Shown piece after piece: positions 56,201 to 64,000 of a stretch of DNA of 64,000 nucleotides; positions within the stretch are counted from its first letter, which is position 1; every line of letters begins with the position of its first letter. This DNA comes from Spirochaetaceae bacterium (GTDB lineage: Bacteria; Spirochaetota; Spirochaetia; Treponematales; Breznakiellaceae): NCBI GenBank assembly GCA_031279015.1, contig JAITJI010000101.1, positions 1,582 to 65,581 on the forward strand. The letters are read 5' to 3'. Position numbers and translations under genes: made by a program. Below the pieces are notes generated by a model. The model saw only the letters and a list, made by a program, of their open reading frames with translations, did no database searches and had not been told where the DNA came from.

Positions 56201-56389
56201 GGGCAGGGGATTATCCTACGGCTCTACGAAAGCCTAGGCGAGAAGGCCGAAGTCAGCCTGGAAACGGCCATCCCCCATCGGGTGGTATACTTCACGGATC
56301 TCTTGGAGAATCGCGGGGAACCGGCAGATCTCCGGTGTCTCCGGTTTTCTCCCTTTGAAATCAAAACTTTGTTATTGGTACAGGAATAA
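53279..56389 (+). CDS. GH38 alpha-mannosidase
   Basis: 1036 aa. AVGHGHLDLAWLWP, WLPDAFGFSG and QFHDIIPGS are conserved GH38 motifs. Confidence 0.9.
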   Translation: MGTPALEYPLLFHRLRRIRKEIYAIKTPLYAEIRRSAEPEPFEEIKDKVFVPVRPGEVWGKKLDCAWLHVRGDAPPGLKNPVILLKNTGEALVYTPEGEPLTGLSRVRVPYDSPQSGGSFRIIDSLDIRGPTVEFYADCGFNGIMMINLGRGRFGGAYIAEKDDGAYDYYYDYLTLLYLAAVLPRGSRRTELAALLRLSFRHFIREGGSAGREVLAPVFSRSSGVGLSDGRTHGSVAAGSEPAVFSYSAVGHGHLDLAWLWPIRETIRKAARTYASALRNIEKYPSYIYGTSQPRQLLWIREHYPAIYRRLREAIREGRIEVQGGFWVECDTNLPGGESLIRQAIYGRRFIVEEFKRNMRICWLPDAFGFSGALPQILRGCGMEYFSTIKLTWNRVNVFPHCSFWWQGIDGSRVLVHMPPEGDYNSKAQPGSLLEGFRKYPERHLGKALLVYGAGDGGGGPNESHLELLEREKRLPDLPRIEESSALDFFEELQNTGVEDVYTGELYLENHQGTYTTQSKNKYYNRLCERLLHNVEALAVFRLVKSANAGVSPVEKTVSPGAAYPRALLDEVWREVLLYQFHDIIPGSAITRVNREAVTGYQKIVTWLEGLITELLADLGNYAAGIPDDDTPPGPDPANQRPLTLVNVSPFERDEYFRHGDRWFYARIPPYAAVTAETAPGPFPGLRADRDSLGNGILTLHFGRNGEIRSCVDEEGRELVAGRLSPNTPRGNSAERAGALNRLVLFRDKFTIPFNAWNIDPKYRRRQRKNLRPDSITAMIDGPRAIRICRYRFGRSTLTQRVILEYGRDLVTFETEVDWHERHRMLRAEFFPRNYGDKAKCEIQFGHILRSTTEKNPVEKAQFEVCAHRWVAVERDGRGFALINDCKYGHRLKNGLISLNLLRAPTFPDREADRGFQRFTYAFCPFETSDPGKAIREAYRLNHPPLAASCGSFDSMVRVSDPQVIPETVKAAESGQGIILRLYESLGEKAEVSLETAIPHRVVYFTDLLENRGEPADLRCLRFSPFEIKTLLLVQE

Positions 56390-56392
56390 GTC

Positions 56393-57706
56393 ATGGAAAC
56401 ATCAGAACGATCTCCGAAGCAGCAGCGATTCTCCCTGGTTACGGCGGGTTTTGGACAAAGCATGGAACTTACCTTTGTGAGCACCTTCCTGTTGATGTAC
56501 CTGATGGAGTACGCCCATGTTTCGAGTGAAGGGATGGCGGTGGTTACGGTGATCATCACCGCCGCCAGGATCTTCGACGCCCTGAACGATCCCTTTATGG
56601 GCGGCATCGTGGATAAGACCCGGACTCGCTGGGGTAAACTGCGTCCCTACATCATCTTTTCCGCCGCCCCGGTGGCCCTGTTTTCGGTCCTGCTCTTCTG
56701 CATCCCCGGGGCCGCTGAACCGGTAAAACTGGCGTTGTTCGGGGTCTACTATGTACTCTGGGGTATCTCCTACACCATGTGTGATGTACCCTACTGGACT
56801 CTGATCGGAGCGGTGTTCAGCGATGTTCAGGAACGGACAAAAACCATTTCCCATGTACGGGCTATCATGTCTGTTTCCACAGGCCTTGTCATTCTGGGGG
56901 CGCCATGGATTGCCCGGGTCTTAAGTTTTTCATCCCGGACCACGTCATGGGGCTGGAGTCTCACCGCCATCCTGATTTCCGGAACCGGCATGGGTCTCTT
57001 TACTCTGGCCTTTTTTGGCACCCGGGAACGGCGGGACCTCCGGCAGACTGTATCACCCAGCCTAAGGACCCTCTTTGTAGTTCTGTTCAAAAACAAACCC
57101 CTCTTTATGGTGCTCCTGGGTTCCGTCGTCGGATTCGGCAGGACCATCATACAGGTGGGGGGCGCAGTTTTCGCGGTTATCGCTTATAACAACGAGGGGT
57201 ACTTTACCCTCATCGGAGCGGCCATCATCATCGGTATGATCGCCGCCTCCTTTGGGGCACCGGTCCTGCTGAAACGGTTTACCGGTAAACAGGTTATCCT
57301 GGTAAGTTCTCTTATGGGCGCTCTCTTCAACACCCTCATGTACCTTGCGGGATTTAAAAATCTGGCGATAATGATGTCCCTGATATTTGGCAACGGCCTT
57401 AGCCTGGGGCTTTTTACGGTAGTACAGACCACCCTAATCGCTGACGCCGTAGACAGCATCGAAAAACGGACCGGGGTACGCAACGACGGCGTTTCCTTTT
57501 CCAGCCTCACCTTTGTCTCAAAACTGATGGGTTCGCTTTCGGTTCTGGTTTTTGGACTGGCACTTTCCCTTTCGGGCTATGAAGAGGGGATAGCGGTAAC
57601 TTCCTCCATGCAGAATCTGATCTTCATGTCCATTACCCTGATCCCCGCTGCAAGCTGTCTCCTCTCAGCGATCCCCTTCGCCTTTTACCGCCTAGACATT
57701 CCATAG
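56393..57706 (+). CDS. glycoside-pentoside-hexuronide (GPH):cation symporter family MFS transporter
   Basis: 437 aa, about 12 TM. RIFDALNDPFMGGIVDKTRTRWGKLRPY is the MelB/GPH signature. Lies 3 nt after the mannosidase gene. Confidence 0.85.
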   Translation: METSERSPKQQRFSLVTAGFGQSMELTFVSTFLLMYLMEYAHVSSEGMAVVTVIITAARIFDALNDPFMGGIVDKTRTRWGKLRPYIIFSAAPVALFSVLLFCIPGAAEPVKLALFGVYYVLWGISYTMCDVPYWTLIGAVFSDVQERTKTISHVRAIMSVSTGLVILGAPWIARVLSFSSRTTSWGWSLTAILISGTGMGLFTLAFFGTRERRDLRQTVSPSLRTLFVVLFKNKPLFMVLLGSVVGFGRTIIQVGGAVFAVIAYNNEGYFTLIGAAIIIGMIAASFGAPVLLKRFTGKQVILVSSLMGALFNTLMYLAGFKNLAIMMSLIFGNGLSLGLFTVVQTTLIADAVDSIEKRTGVRNDGVSFSSLTFVSKLMGSLSVLVFGLALSLSGYEEGIAVTSSMQNLIFMSITLIPAASCLLSAIPFAFYRLDIP

Positions 57707-57707
57707 G

Positions 57708-58667
57708 CTAGGGGAGCTTAAAGGAAAGGATCGCCGCCACCCGGTAGAAGGCCAGCCGCCGTCGCTTGTCGTTATCGATATGCCGGTACTGATAAAACAG
57801 ATCCTCCGCATCAGCTTCAATATAGTTCCTGCGGCTTTCAAATTGGGTAATCAGGGCGGCGTCGAGCCAATCGGTGACGGTAAAGTTGAGAAGCGCAGAA
57901 AGAATCCAGCAGCCAAGCCCATCCCCCCAAAGGTCACGGTTTGGCGTATTGTAGAGGTATTTGTCCATTTCCGCCATAAACCCTACGGTGTTGAGGAAGA
58001 TAGGCATCTGATAGCCGACGAGGTAGCTGCCGTAGTAGTTAAAACCATTCCGGTTTTCCCCTTCATCACTTTCCAAAAACCAAGAATCCGTGGCGGAAGC
58101 GGCACTGTATCCCCAATACCGGCCTTCATGGTAGGACCGGAAAACCACATGGTTCCAGTCTCCCGGAAAGATGGCCGCCATGTCAAACTGAAATGCCCCG
58201 CCGAGATAAGAACTCCACTGAATTCCGTCAAAGGCGGAACCCACCGCTTCCGCCGCACCGTCGGCTCCGGGCTGGTTTATGCCGATACCCCTGATGTCGC
58301 CGCCAAAGAGCCTGATGTTCCAGCCCGAACCTATCCTGGCTCCGGCTACCACCTGCAAAAAGGCGATAGGGGTCCAGGTCCCCTGGACGATGCCGTCCAT
58401 CGAAATGGGGGTTAATTCGGCAGTAAGGGTGGCTCTGATGTTGTTCCCCGCGGTTAAAGGGCCGTCCCCCCTGAGGAAAGGAAAGGTAAAACCCTGAACA
58501 AAGCCGACCTTTGCCTCGGGCATACTGGAGACGGTAACGTTCAGGGATCTGTCGGAACTTATTCCGTCGGAACTTATTCCGCCGGAACCATCCGCGGACT
58601 GCGCCCCAAGGGAACCCGCAGCGACCATAAAACACAAGAGCAGTACAGGAACAAGCCGTTTATACAT
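57708..58667 (-). CDS. hypothetical secreted or outer-membrane protein
   Basis: Signal peptide MYKRLVPVLLLCFMVAAGSLGAQ, an aromatic-rich alternating pattern and a terminal ...ILSFKLP. No family recognised. Confidence 0.5.
   Translation of the reverse strand: MYKRLVPVLLLCFMVAAGSLGAQSADGSGGISSDGISSDRSLNVTVSSMPEAKVGFVQGFTFPFLRGDGPLTAGNNIRATLTAELTPISMDGIVQGTWTPIAFLQVVAGARIGSGWNIRLFGGDIRGIGINQPGADGAAEAVGSAFDGIQWSSYLGGAFQFDMAAIFPGDWNHVVFRSYHEGRYWGYSAASATDSWFLESDEGENRNGFNYYGSYLVGYQMPIFLNTVGFMAEMDKYLYNTPNRDLWGDGLGCWILSALLNFTVTDWLDAALITQFESRRNYIEADAEDLFYQYRHIDNDKRRRLAFYRVAAILSFKLP
58551..58589 (-). repeat. 15-nt tandem repeat (about 2.6 copies) encoding GISSDGISSD just after the signal peptide
   Basis: gtcggaacttattcc occurs twice, followed by gccggaacc; read directly. 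Confidence 0.8.
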
Positions 58668-58806
58668 GGTTTCCTCCATATAATAATTGCATCTAAACAT
58701 CACATGCTACCTGAATAACAGGGAAAAACAAAAAGTCCTGCTGCACAATACATAATATCCGTCCACAGATATACGCCTGCCCTGCACTACCCAATTAAGA
58801 CCCTCG

Positions 58807-59199
58807 TTAAAACCTGATTGTTTCCGGTTCTTTGCCAAATTCCGTAATAGTGGCAATGCCGTCCTTGAGATACCAGACTTGCGTATTGCCGTCGTCCGCC
58901 GAATACATACCCTTCAGGTCCGGATAGGCGTCCAGCATATGCTGTTTTGGCTCACGCCGGTCATCTTCAACGGCAACTGCCTGAACACGAATCCATTTGC
59001 TGCCGTCAAAGGCGCAAATTTCAAGTTTGGGATTCTTGCTCAGTTGTTTTGCAATCTCTTTAATCTTGCCGGTTTGAATGTATAGCTTGCCTTCAAAAAT
59101 ATCAATGGTACCAAAGGGTCGTACCCGGGGCTGATCCCCCTCCACTGTGGCCAAATAATAAGTCTGAGTTTTTTTCAAAAAATCATAAACTTCCTGCAT
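58807..59199 (-). CDS. pyridoxamine 5'-phosphate oxidase-like FMN-binding split-barrel protein
   Basis: MQEVYDFLKKTQTYYLATVEGDQPRVRPFG...GKLYIQT pattern. Confidence 0.75.
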   Translation of the reverse strand: MQEVYDFLKKTQTYYLATVEGDQPRVRPFGTIDIFEGKLYIQTGKIKEIAKQLSKNPKLEICAFDGSKWIRVQAVAVEDDRREPKQHMLDAYPDLKGMYSADDGNTQVWYLKDGIATITEFGKEPETIRF

Positions 59200-59270
59200 T
59201 TTAATGCCTCCACGTAAAATAAGATTCAAAACATGATATACTATTGATAAGGGCTTTGCAATAGGTCAAA

Positions 59271-60350
59271 TTATAATCCGCAATGTTTTTGCATGTATTC
59301 ATCCCTCAATTCATCTATAAGCCGGGATCTGTTGTTTTTGACAGTATACCAAAATTTCCATCCATTACAGAATGGGGTTTGCTGTATCATGGCCCCTATT
59401 TTATGAATTGAACCGGTGACGCCTTTGTATTGCAAGGTTCCGTTCTCAAGCACCAGAGCCGTTACGCCACAGTCCTTCCGTGCATAAAGAACATCTCCGG
59501 CCCGTATCATTTTTTCCTTTACAAGGCTTTCAAAGGGGACTCTTGTCCGCCTTCCCTGTTCCTCTTCAATCCAGCCTGCCTCTTCCCATAGGGTGTGTAC
59601 GCTGTCTATTCTGTCTTGGGCAATTTTAACATAATCCCCATCGCGTTCTATGCCGATAAATTTCCGGCCCAGTTTTTTTGCCGTCGTTCCCGTTGTTCCG
59701 GTTCCAAAAAAAGGATCAAGGACAACGTCATCCTTTCTGGTTGAAGACAGGATAACCCGTTTCAGCAATTCCTCGGGCTTTTGCGTAGAATGCGCCTTTT
59801 TGCCATCCGCACCTTTTATCCGTTCGCCGCCGGTACACAACCCGATTTTCCAGACCGAAGTCATCTGTTTGTCATTGTTGTATCTTTTCATCATCTTATG
59901 ATTAAAGGTATATTTCTTACATCTTTCGCTCTTTGAACACCACAACAGCGTTTCTGTTGCATTGGTAAAACGGGTTCCCATAAAATTGGGCATCGGATTA
60001 GCTTTGTACCAGGTTACATCATTAAGAATCCAAAACCCAAGGTTAAGCATAATGTTCCCTATCCGAAAAATATTGTGGTACGATCCGATGACCCAGATAG
60101 AACCTGAGTCTTTTAGTATCCGGCGGCATTCGGTCAGCCATGCGGTACAAAAGAGATCGTATTCCGCAAAGGAATCAAATTTGTCCCAGGGATCATCCAC
60201 GCCGTCTACCTTCGTATTATTAGGCCTGTACAGGGGATTCTTAAGCTGCATGTTGTAGGGAGGGTCCGCAAAGATAAGGTCTATGGCTTGGGCTGGAATT
60301 TTTTTCAGTTCATCTATACAATCCCCATGAATTATGATATTCGTCCGCAT
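59271..60350 (-). CDS. CcrM-like (beta-class, HinfI/GANTC-family) N6-adenine DNA methyltransferase; orphan
   Basis: From MRTNIIIHGDC the sequence is collinear with Caulobacter CcrM as I recall it: IFADPPYN, IWVIGSYHNIFR, GFWILND, NPMPNF.GTRF, GERIKGADG.KAH.TQKPE, LDPFFG.GTTG..AK.LGRKFIGIE, and the C-terminal GSIHKIGA...CNGW domain. Confidence 0.9.
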   Translation of the reverse strand: MRTNIIIHGDCIDELKKIPAQAIDLIFADPPYNMQLKNPLYRPNNTKVDGVDDPWDKFDSFAEYDLFCTAWLTECRRILKDSGSIWVIGSYHNIFRIGNIMLNLGFWILNDVTWYKANPMPNFMGTRFTNATETLLWCSKSERCKKYTFNHKMMKRYNNDKQMTSVWKIGLCTGGERIKGADGKKAHSTQKPEELLKRVILSSTRKDDVVLDPFFGTGTTGTTAKKLGRKFIGIERDGDYVKIAQDRIDSVHTLWEEAGWIEEEQGRRTRVPFESLVKEKMIRAGDVLYARKDCGVTALVLENGTLQYKGVTGSIHKIGAMIQQTPFCNGWKFWYTVKNNRSRLIDELRDEYMQKHCGL

Positions 60351-60470
60351 GCTGCAAGTATAATCCGCCCGGGATAAATTGCCAAGACATGACCGGATTA
60401 TCCGGGTTTCCGGATGCTCTGCCGCACCGGGTCCCGGTCCTGCCTTTGCAGGTTTCCATCTAATCAATTT

Positions 60471-60498
60471 TTCATATTTTTTTCACCATTTATTAATT
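60471..60498 (+). promoter_or_regulatory. candidate Pho-box array: TTCATA, TTCACC and TTAATT at 11-bp phasing upstream of alkaline phosphatase
   Basis: Hexamers start at 60471, 60482 and 60493. A TATATT -10-like hexamer lies at 60508-60513. The words TTCATA and TT(A/C)ACC are shared with the pstS upstream array. Confidence 0.35.
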
Positions 60499-60546
60499 TT
60501 AGGAAATTATATTTATCCCAATCTTACAAACAGGAGAGGTATTGTG

Positions 60547-62088
60547 ATGAAAAGAAAAAATGAGCTTTCGGGAAAAAGCGGTATGAGACCTGCCATCAGC
60601 CGGTCATGGATAATTCGCTTTTCAATTACTGTGGCGATTCTGATGCTGTTCCCAGGAACGACCCTGTTCGCCAAAGCCAAGGCAGACAACGGTACGGAGC
60701 AGAATATTGCCGTAGCACAGACGGGCCAGGCCAAGTACGTATTTCTGTTTATCGGTGACGGTATGGCCATGTCCCAGATCAGTTCCACCGAGGTTTATAC
60801 TACCGCCCGGTCCTCCAGTGATATCAGCATTACCAGGCTCGGTTTCACCAGGTTTCCCGTATCGGGACTCACCACCACCTATGACGCAGGGACCTTTATC
60901 ACCGACTCCGCCTCCGCCATAACGGCCATTGCCACGGGAAACAAGACCCTCAGCGGAGTCCTCAACATGGATCCGGGAAAGACCAAATCTTTCAAGACTA
61001 TCGCGGAATACGCCCATGAGGCGGGGATGAAGATCGGCGTAGTGTCCTCCGTTACTCTGGACCACGCCACTCCGGCGGGGTTCTTCGCAAAAGTTCCCTC
61101 CCGGAGCAACTACTACGATATTGCGGTCCAGATGGTAAAAAGCGGCTTTGAATACTTCGCAGGGGGCGGACTCCTGCAACCCACGGGGAAAAATAAGGAT
61201 CAGAGGGATGTAATACAAATGGCTAAAGACGCCGGATACACCTTTGTCAATTCAAAGGCCGAATTTGACGCACTCAGACCCGGTTCCGGCAAGATTATTG
61301 CGATCAATGCGACCCTCCAGGATTCCGGCTCTATGCCCTACGAACTGGACCGCAAGGCAGACGATCTTTGCCTGGCGGACTATACCAACAAGGGGATTGA
61401 ACTGTTGCAGGATAATCCCGAAGGATTCTTCCTGACTGTCGAAGGCGGAAAGATCGACTGGGCCTGCCATGCCAACGACGCCGGAGCTGCCATTAACGAT
61501 GTTATTGCCTTTGACAACGCCATCAAGGCGGCGGTTGACTTTGCTCAGACCCATCCCCGGGACACCCTTATCATCGTTACCGGGGATCACGAGACCGGCG
61601 GCATGACCATCGGCTTTGCCGGAACCCAATACGATACCTTCTTTGACAAGGTGGCTCTTCAGAAAAAATCCTTCATTGCCTTTAATGCCGATGTCCTTAC
61701 ACCGTATAAGAAAAATACCCCCAAGGATAAGGCAAAATTGGAGGACCTGATCCTGGAGATCAAAAACACCTTTGGACTGGACTACAACACCCTTTCGGAC
61801 TTTCAGAAGGAACAGCTTCAATTCGCCTTCCAGCGTTCCATGGGAGACGAGATTGAACGGCCCGTGGCGGAGGATCAGTTCCTTCTCTACGGCGGGTACG
61901 AACCTCTGACGGTAAAGATTACCCAGACAATGAATCAGACCGCAGGTATCGGCTGGACTTCCTATGCCCATACCGGCGTCCCGGTTTCCACTTTTGCCAT
62001 GGGGGTGCATCAGGAACTCTTTAGCGGTTATTACGACAATACCGATATCTTTAAAAAAATAGTATCCGCCATGAATATAAAATTATAA
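60547..62088 (+). CDS. phoA: alkaline phosphatase (PhoA family), secreted
   Basis: The ATG at 60547 follows AGGAGAG. Signal/TM segment, FIGDGMAMSQ, the nucleophile motif TDSASAITAIATG, and GDHETGGM. Confidence 0.9.
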   Translation: MKRKNELSGKSGMRPAISRSWIIRFSITVAILMLFPGTTLFAKAKADNGTEQNIAVAQTGQAKYVFLFIGDGMAMSQISSTEVYTTARSSSDISITRLGFTRFPVSGLTTTYDAGTFITDSASAITAIATGNKTLSGVLNMDPGKTKSFKTIAEYAHEAGMKIGVVSSVTLDHATPAGFFAKVPSRSNYYDIAVQMVKSGFEYFAGGGLLQPTGKNKDQRDVIQMAKDAGYTFVNSKAEFDALRPGSGKIIAINATLQDSGSMPYELDRKADDLCLADYTNKGIELLQDNPEGFFLTVEGGKIDWACHANDAGAAINDVIAFDNAIKAAVDFAQTHPRDTLIIVTGDHETGGMTIGFAGTQYDTFFDKVALQKKSFIAFNADVLTPYKKNTPKDKAKLEDLILEIKNTFGLDYNTLSDFQKEQLQFAFQRSMGDEIERPVAEDQFLLYGGYEPLTVKITQTMNQTAGIGWTSYAHTGVPVSTFAMGVHQELFSGYYDNTDIFKKIVSAMNIKL

Positions 62089-62113
62089 CGAAAAGACTTT
62101 TTGGGAATAAACC

Positions 62114-63298
62114 ATGGCAAGGGGGGACGAAAAAACAACTATGCAAATATGGATGCCGGGATCGATAAAGCGGGAAACAGGACGGGACCTGATTTTTGTC
62201 CTGGTATCCATCTTCCTCACCATTCTGTTTTTTATAATTCCCAACGGCTTTGAGGGGGCGTCCCAGACAGCGGAAAGCGAACGGGCCCGGGGAAAGGTGG
62301 TTGAAGTTAACAATGAACGGCTTATAAACATCGGCCCGGTTAAGCAGGGGGAACAGCAGCTTGAAGTAGAGATCCGCTCCGGGCGGTTCAAGGGACAGAT
62401 CTTTTCAGGATCAAACAACCTGATAGGCAAAATTGAGATGGACAAGCTCTTTGCCCCCGGGGATTCCGTGCTGGTGGTGATAAGCATCTCGGAAGACGGC
62501 GCCATGCGCCACGCCCAAGTCTACGATCACTACAGGACGGGAAAGACGGTGTTCCTCTGCCTGTTGTTTTTCTTTTTTATTGTCCTCATCATGGGATGGA
62601 TGGGAATAAAGATCCTCATTTCTTTTGTGTTTACTGCGGTGGTCCTTATCCGGGTTTTGTTTCCCGCCATGCTCCGCGGTTGGGATCCTATCTTTGCCTC
62701 GGTGATTCTGGTAACGATCCTCACCGCGGTGATCATCTTCCTGGTAGGAGGGATCACCCGGCGGGGTCTTACCGCCTTTGCCGGTTCCATGGGGGGTGTT
62801 CTCCTCACCTCATGCCTGGCCTTTTTCTTTACCTATTGGTTCAAGATCCACGGAGCGGTACGGCCCTTTGCAGAGGCTCTCCTCTATTCAGGGTACACCC
62901 ACCTCAACCTGGTGCATCTCTTTGTATCGGGGATCTTCCTTGCTTCATCAGGAGCCATGATGGACCTCTCCATGGACATCGCCTCCGCCATGGATGAGAT
63001 CAAGAAGCAGTACCCTGCCATCAGCCGATTCAACCTCATAAAAAGCGGGGTTTCCGTATCCCGCCACGTAGCGGGTACCATGAGCACGACCCTGCTCCTG
63101 GCCTACTCCGCCGAATACACCGCCATGGTTATGACCTTTATCGCTCAGGGTATCCCCCCGGAAAATGTGATAAACCTGGTGTGGGTTTCTTCTGAAGTGG
63201 TTCATACCCTGGTAGGCTGTTTTGGCCTTGTCCTGGTGGCGCCGCTTACGGTTTTTGCCGGCGGCATCATATTGGGAGGACAGGACCGGCCCCGCTGA
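62114..63298 (+). CDS. YibE/F-family membrane protein
   Basis: TM, then a soluble beta-rich loop (RARGKVVEV...GEQQLEVEIRSGRFKG), then a polytopic C-terminus. This is the YibE/F-like layout. Confidence 0.7.
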   Translation: MARGDEKTTMQIWMPGSIKRETGRDLIFVLVSIFLTILFFIIPNGFEGASQTAESERARGKVVEVNNERLINIGPVKQGEQQLEVEIRSGRFKGQIFSGSNNLIGKIEMDKLFAPGDSVLVVISISEDGAMRHAQVYDHYRTGKTVFLCLLFFFFIVLIMGWMGIKILISFVFTAVVLIRVLFPAMLRGWDPIFASVILVTILTAVIIFLVGGITRRGLTAFAGSMGGVLLTSCLAFFFTYWFKIHGAVRPFAEALLYSGYTHLNLVHLFVSGIFLASSGAMMDLSMDIASAMDEIKKQYPAISRFNLIKSGVSVSRHVAGTMSTTLLLAYSAEYTAMVMTFIAQGIPPENVINLVWVSSEVVHTLVGCFGLVLVAPLTVFAGGIILGGQDRPR

Positions 63299-64000
63299 AC
63301 CTTCAACAGGAAAAGCAGCAGAAGCCCCATGTATACCACCAGTAATCCCAGAACCACCACGGTCATGAAGTCGCTGTTTGGAGCAATACCGATCAGGGCC
63401 AAAAGGGGAAATCCAAAGAGGACCGCAAAGGCACTTCCGGATACCAGGTTGTTCGCCGCAGGGGTGTGGTAATTGGGATCAATTTCCCGAAGCAGCAAAA
63501 TCCCGCTCGAAATGGTTCCGGTCATCATCCCGTACATACTCAACAGCCCTTCAAGATAATAGTCAGTGTATACCCTTTTGCAGATCCACCGGAGGTACAG
63601 GAGGGTAAACAGCGCGCCCACTATTGCCAGGAGCAGGAAGGGCGCCCAAAGACCCTGCAGATCGCTTATTTCAATGGTAGCAATGCCGGCGATGATCATG
63701 ATATCAAAGGCGAGGCCGGAAATCCGGCTTAAAAGATAGTTATTTTGATACTGATGGGTCATAATCTTAAAACGCCGCAGATGGGACAAGACAAGACGAA
63801 TCAACATAGCGATTAGCGAACCAAAAATAAAATTAAAACCCCATAGCAGTGAAGAAACCGTTTTTTCTATGCCGGAACCCAGGAAACTCACCCAAAAAGA
63901 AAGGCCCTGGATTAATAAAAAAGAAATGAGATATGCCAACAATACAAGGGCTACCTGTATACTCAGTTTGTCCACACTTTCCGAAAGGGGTATTTCTTTT
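63202..64000 (-). CDS. GltS-like sodium/glutamate symporter, C-terminal part; the gene continues beyond the window
   Basis: The frame stays open to position 64000, upstream of the track ATG at 63975. The polytopic sequence ...SMYGMMTGTISSGILLLREIDPNYHTPAANNLV...FGFPLLALIG parallels the E. coli GltS C-terminal half as I recall it. Confidence 0.5.
   Translation of the reverse strand, partial: KEIPLSESVDKLSIQVALVLLAYLISFLLIQGLSFWVSFLGSGIEKTVSSLLWGFNFIFGSLIAMLIRLVLSHLRRFKIMTHQYQNNYLLSRISGLAFDIMIIAGIATIEISDLQGLWAPFLLLAIVGALFTLLYLRWICKRVYTDYYLEGLLSMYGMMTGTISSGILLLREIDPNYHTPAANNLVSGSAFAVLFGFPLLALIGIAPNSDFMTVVVLGLLVVYMGLLLLFLLKVQRGRSCPPNMMPPAKTVSGATRTRPKQPTRV

Noticed and set aside
1-64000. Scan of the whole window for mobile elements, CRISPR arrays, rRNA/tRNA genes and recognisable defence systems
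   Set aside because: I recognised no transposase or integrase motifs, no regularly spaced direct repeats, no tRNA T-arm (GGTTCGAATCC-like) strings, and no restriction, Cas, abortive-infection or toxin-antitoxin signatures. The only DNA-modification gene is the orphan CcrM-like methylase.

Overview
This 64-kb chromosomal window comes from a moderately G+C-rich anaerobe. Gene content (rnfCDGEAB, a grpE-dnaK-dnaJ operon with no hrcA, many hybrid kinases) suggests a Treponema-like spirochete, but that is inference and was not searched. No rRNA, tRNA, CRISPR array, transposase or phage gene was recognised.

From left to right the window contains:
- rfbD (cut by the window edge), rfbC, rfbA and a VanZ-like gene
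- uppP and a TauE/SafE-family gene
- grpE-dnaK-dnaJ
- hybrid histidine kinase 1
- rnfCDGEAB followed by a DUF815 ATPase, then tag
- a signalling island: two tandem REC-HD-GYP phosphodiesterases, then hybrid HK, DAGK-like lipid kinase, hybrid HK
- a complete minus-strand Pho operon, pstSCAB-phoU-phoB-phoR
- a stand-alone FMN glutamate-synthase-family protein
- an alkyltransferase-like (ATL) protein
- a minus-strand flavoprotein operon: YhfZ/GntR-like regulator, BON-GlpA-like-BFD dehydrogenase, NOX-like oxidoreductase, DUF1667, AGPS/YgcU-like FAD oxidase, and a divergent EtfB/EtfA pair
- a lower-GC patch holding a membrane protein, an SGNH hydrolase and an FGGY kinase
- an SH3b, M48 protease, CHASE2 cyclase operon
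- a GH38 alpha-mannosidase with a GPH transporter
- a secreted protein, a PNPOx-like protein, a CcrM-like orphan methyltransferase, alkaline phosphatase, a YibE/F protein and a partial GltS-like symporter

The most interesting signal is the flavoprotein/ETF operon. A 22-nt operator, GTAC-N8-GTACATTCAA, occurs three times in the same orientation: in front of that operon, in front of the membrane protein, and in front of the FGGY kinase. This defines a small regulon of unknown substrate.

All functional calls rest on motif and family recognition by eye. No database search, HMM run or numeric GC calculation was possible.
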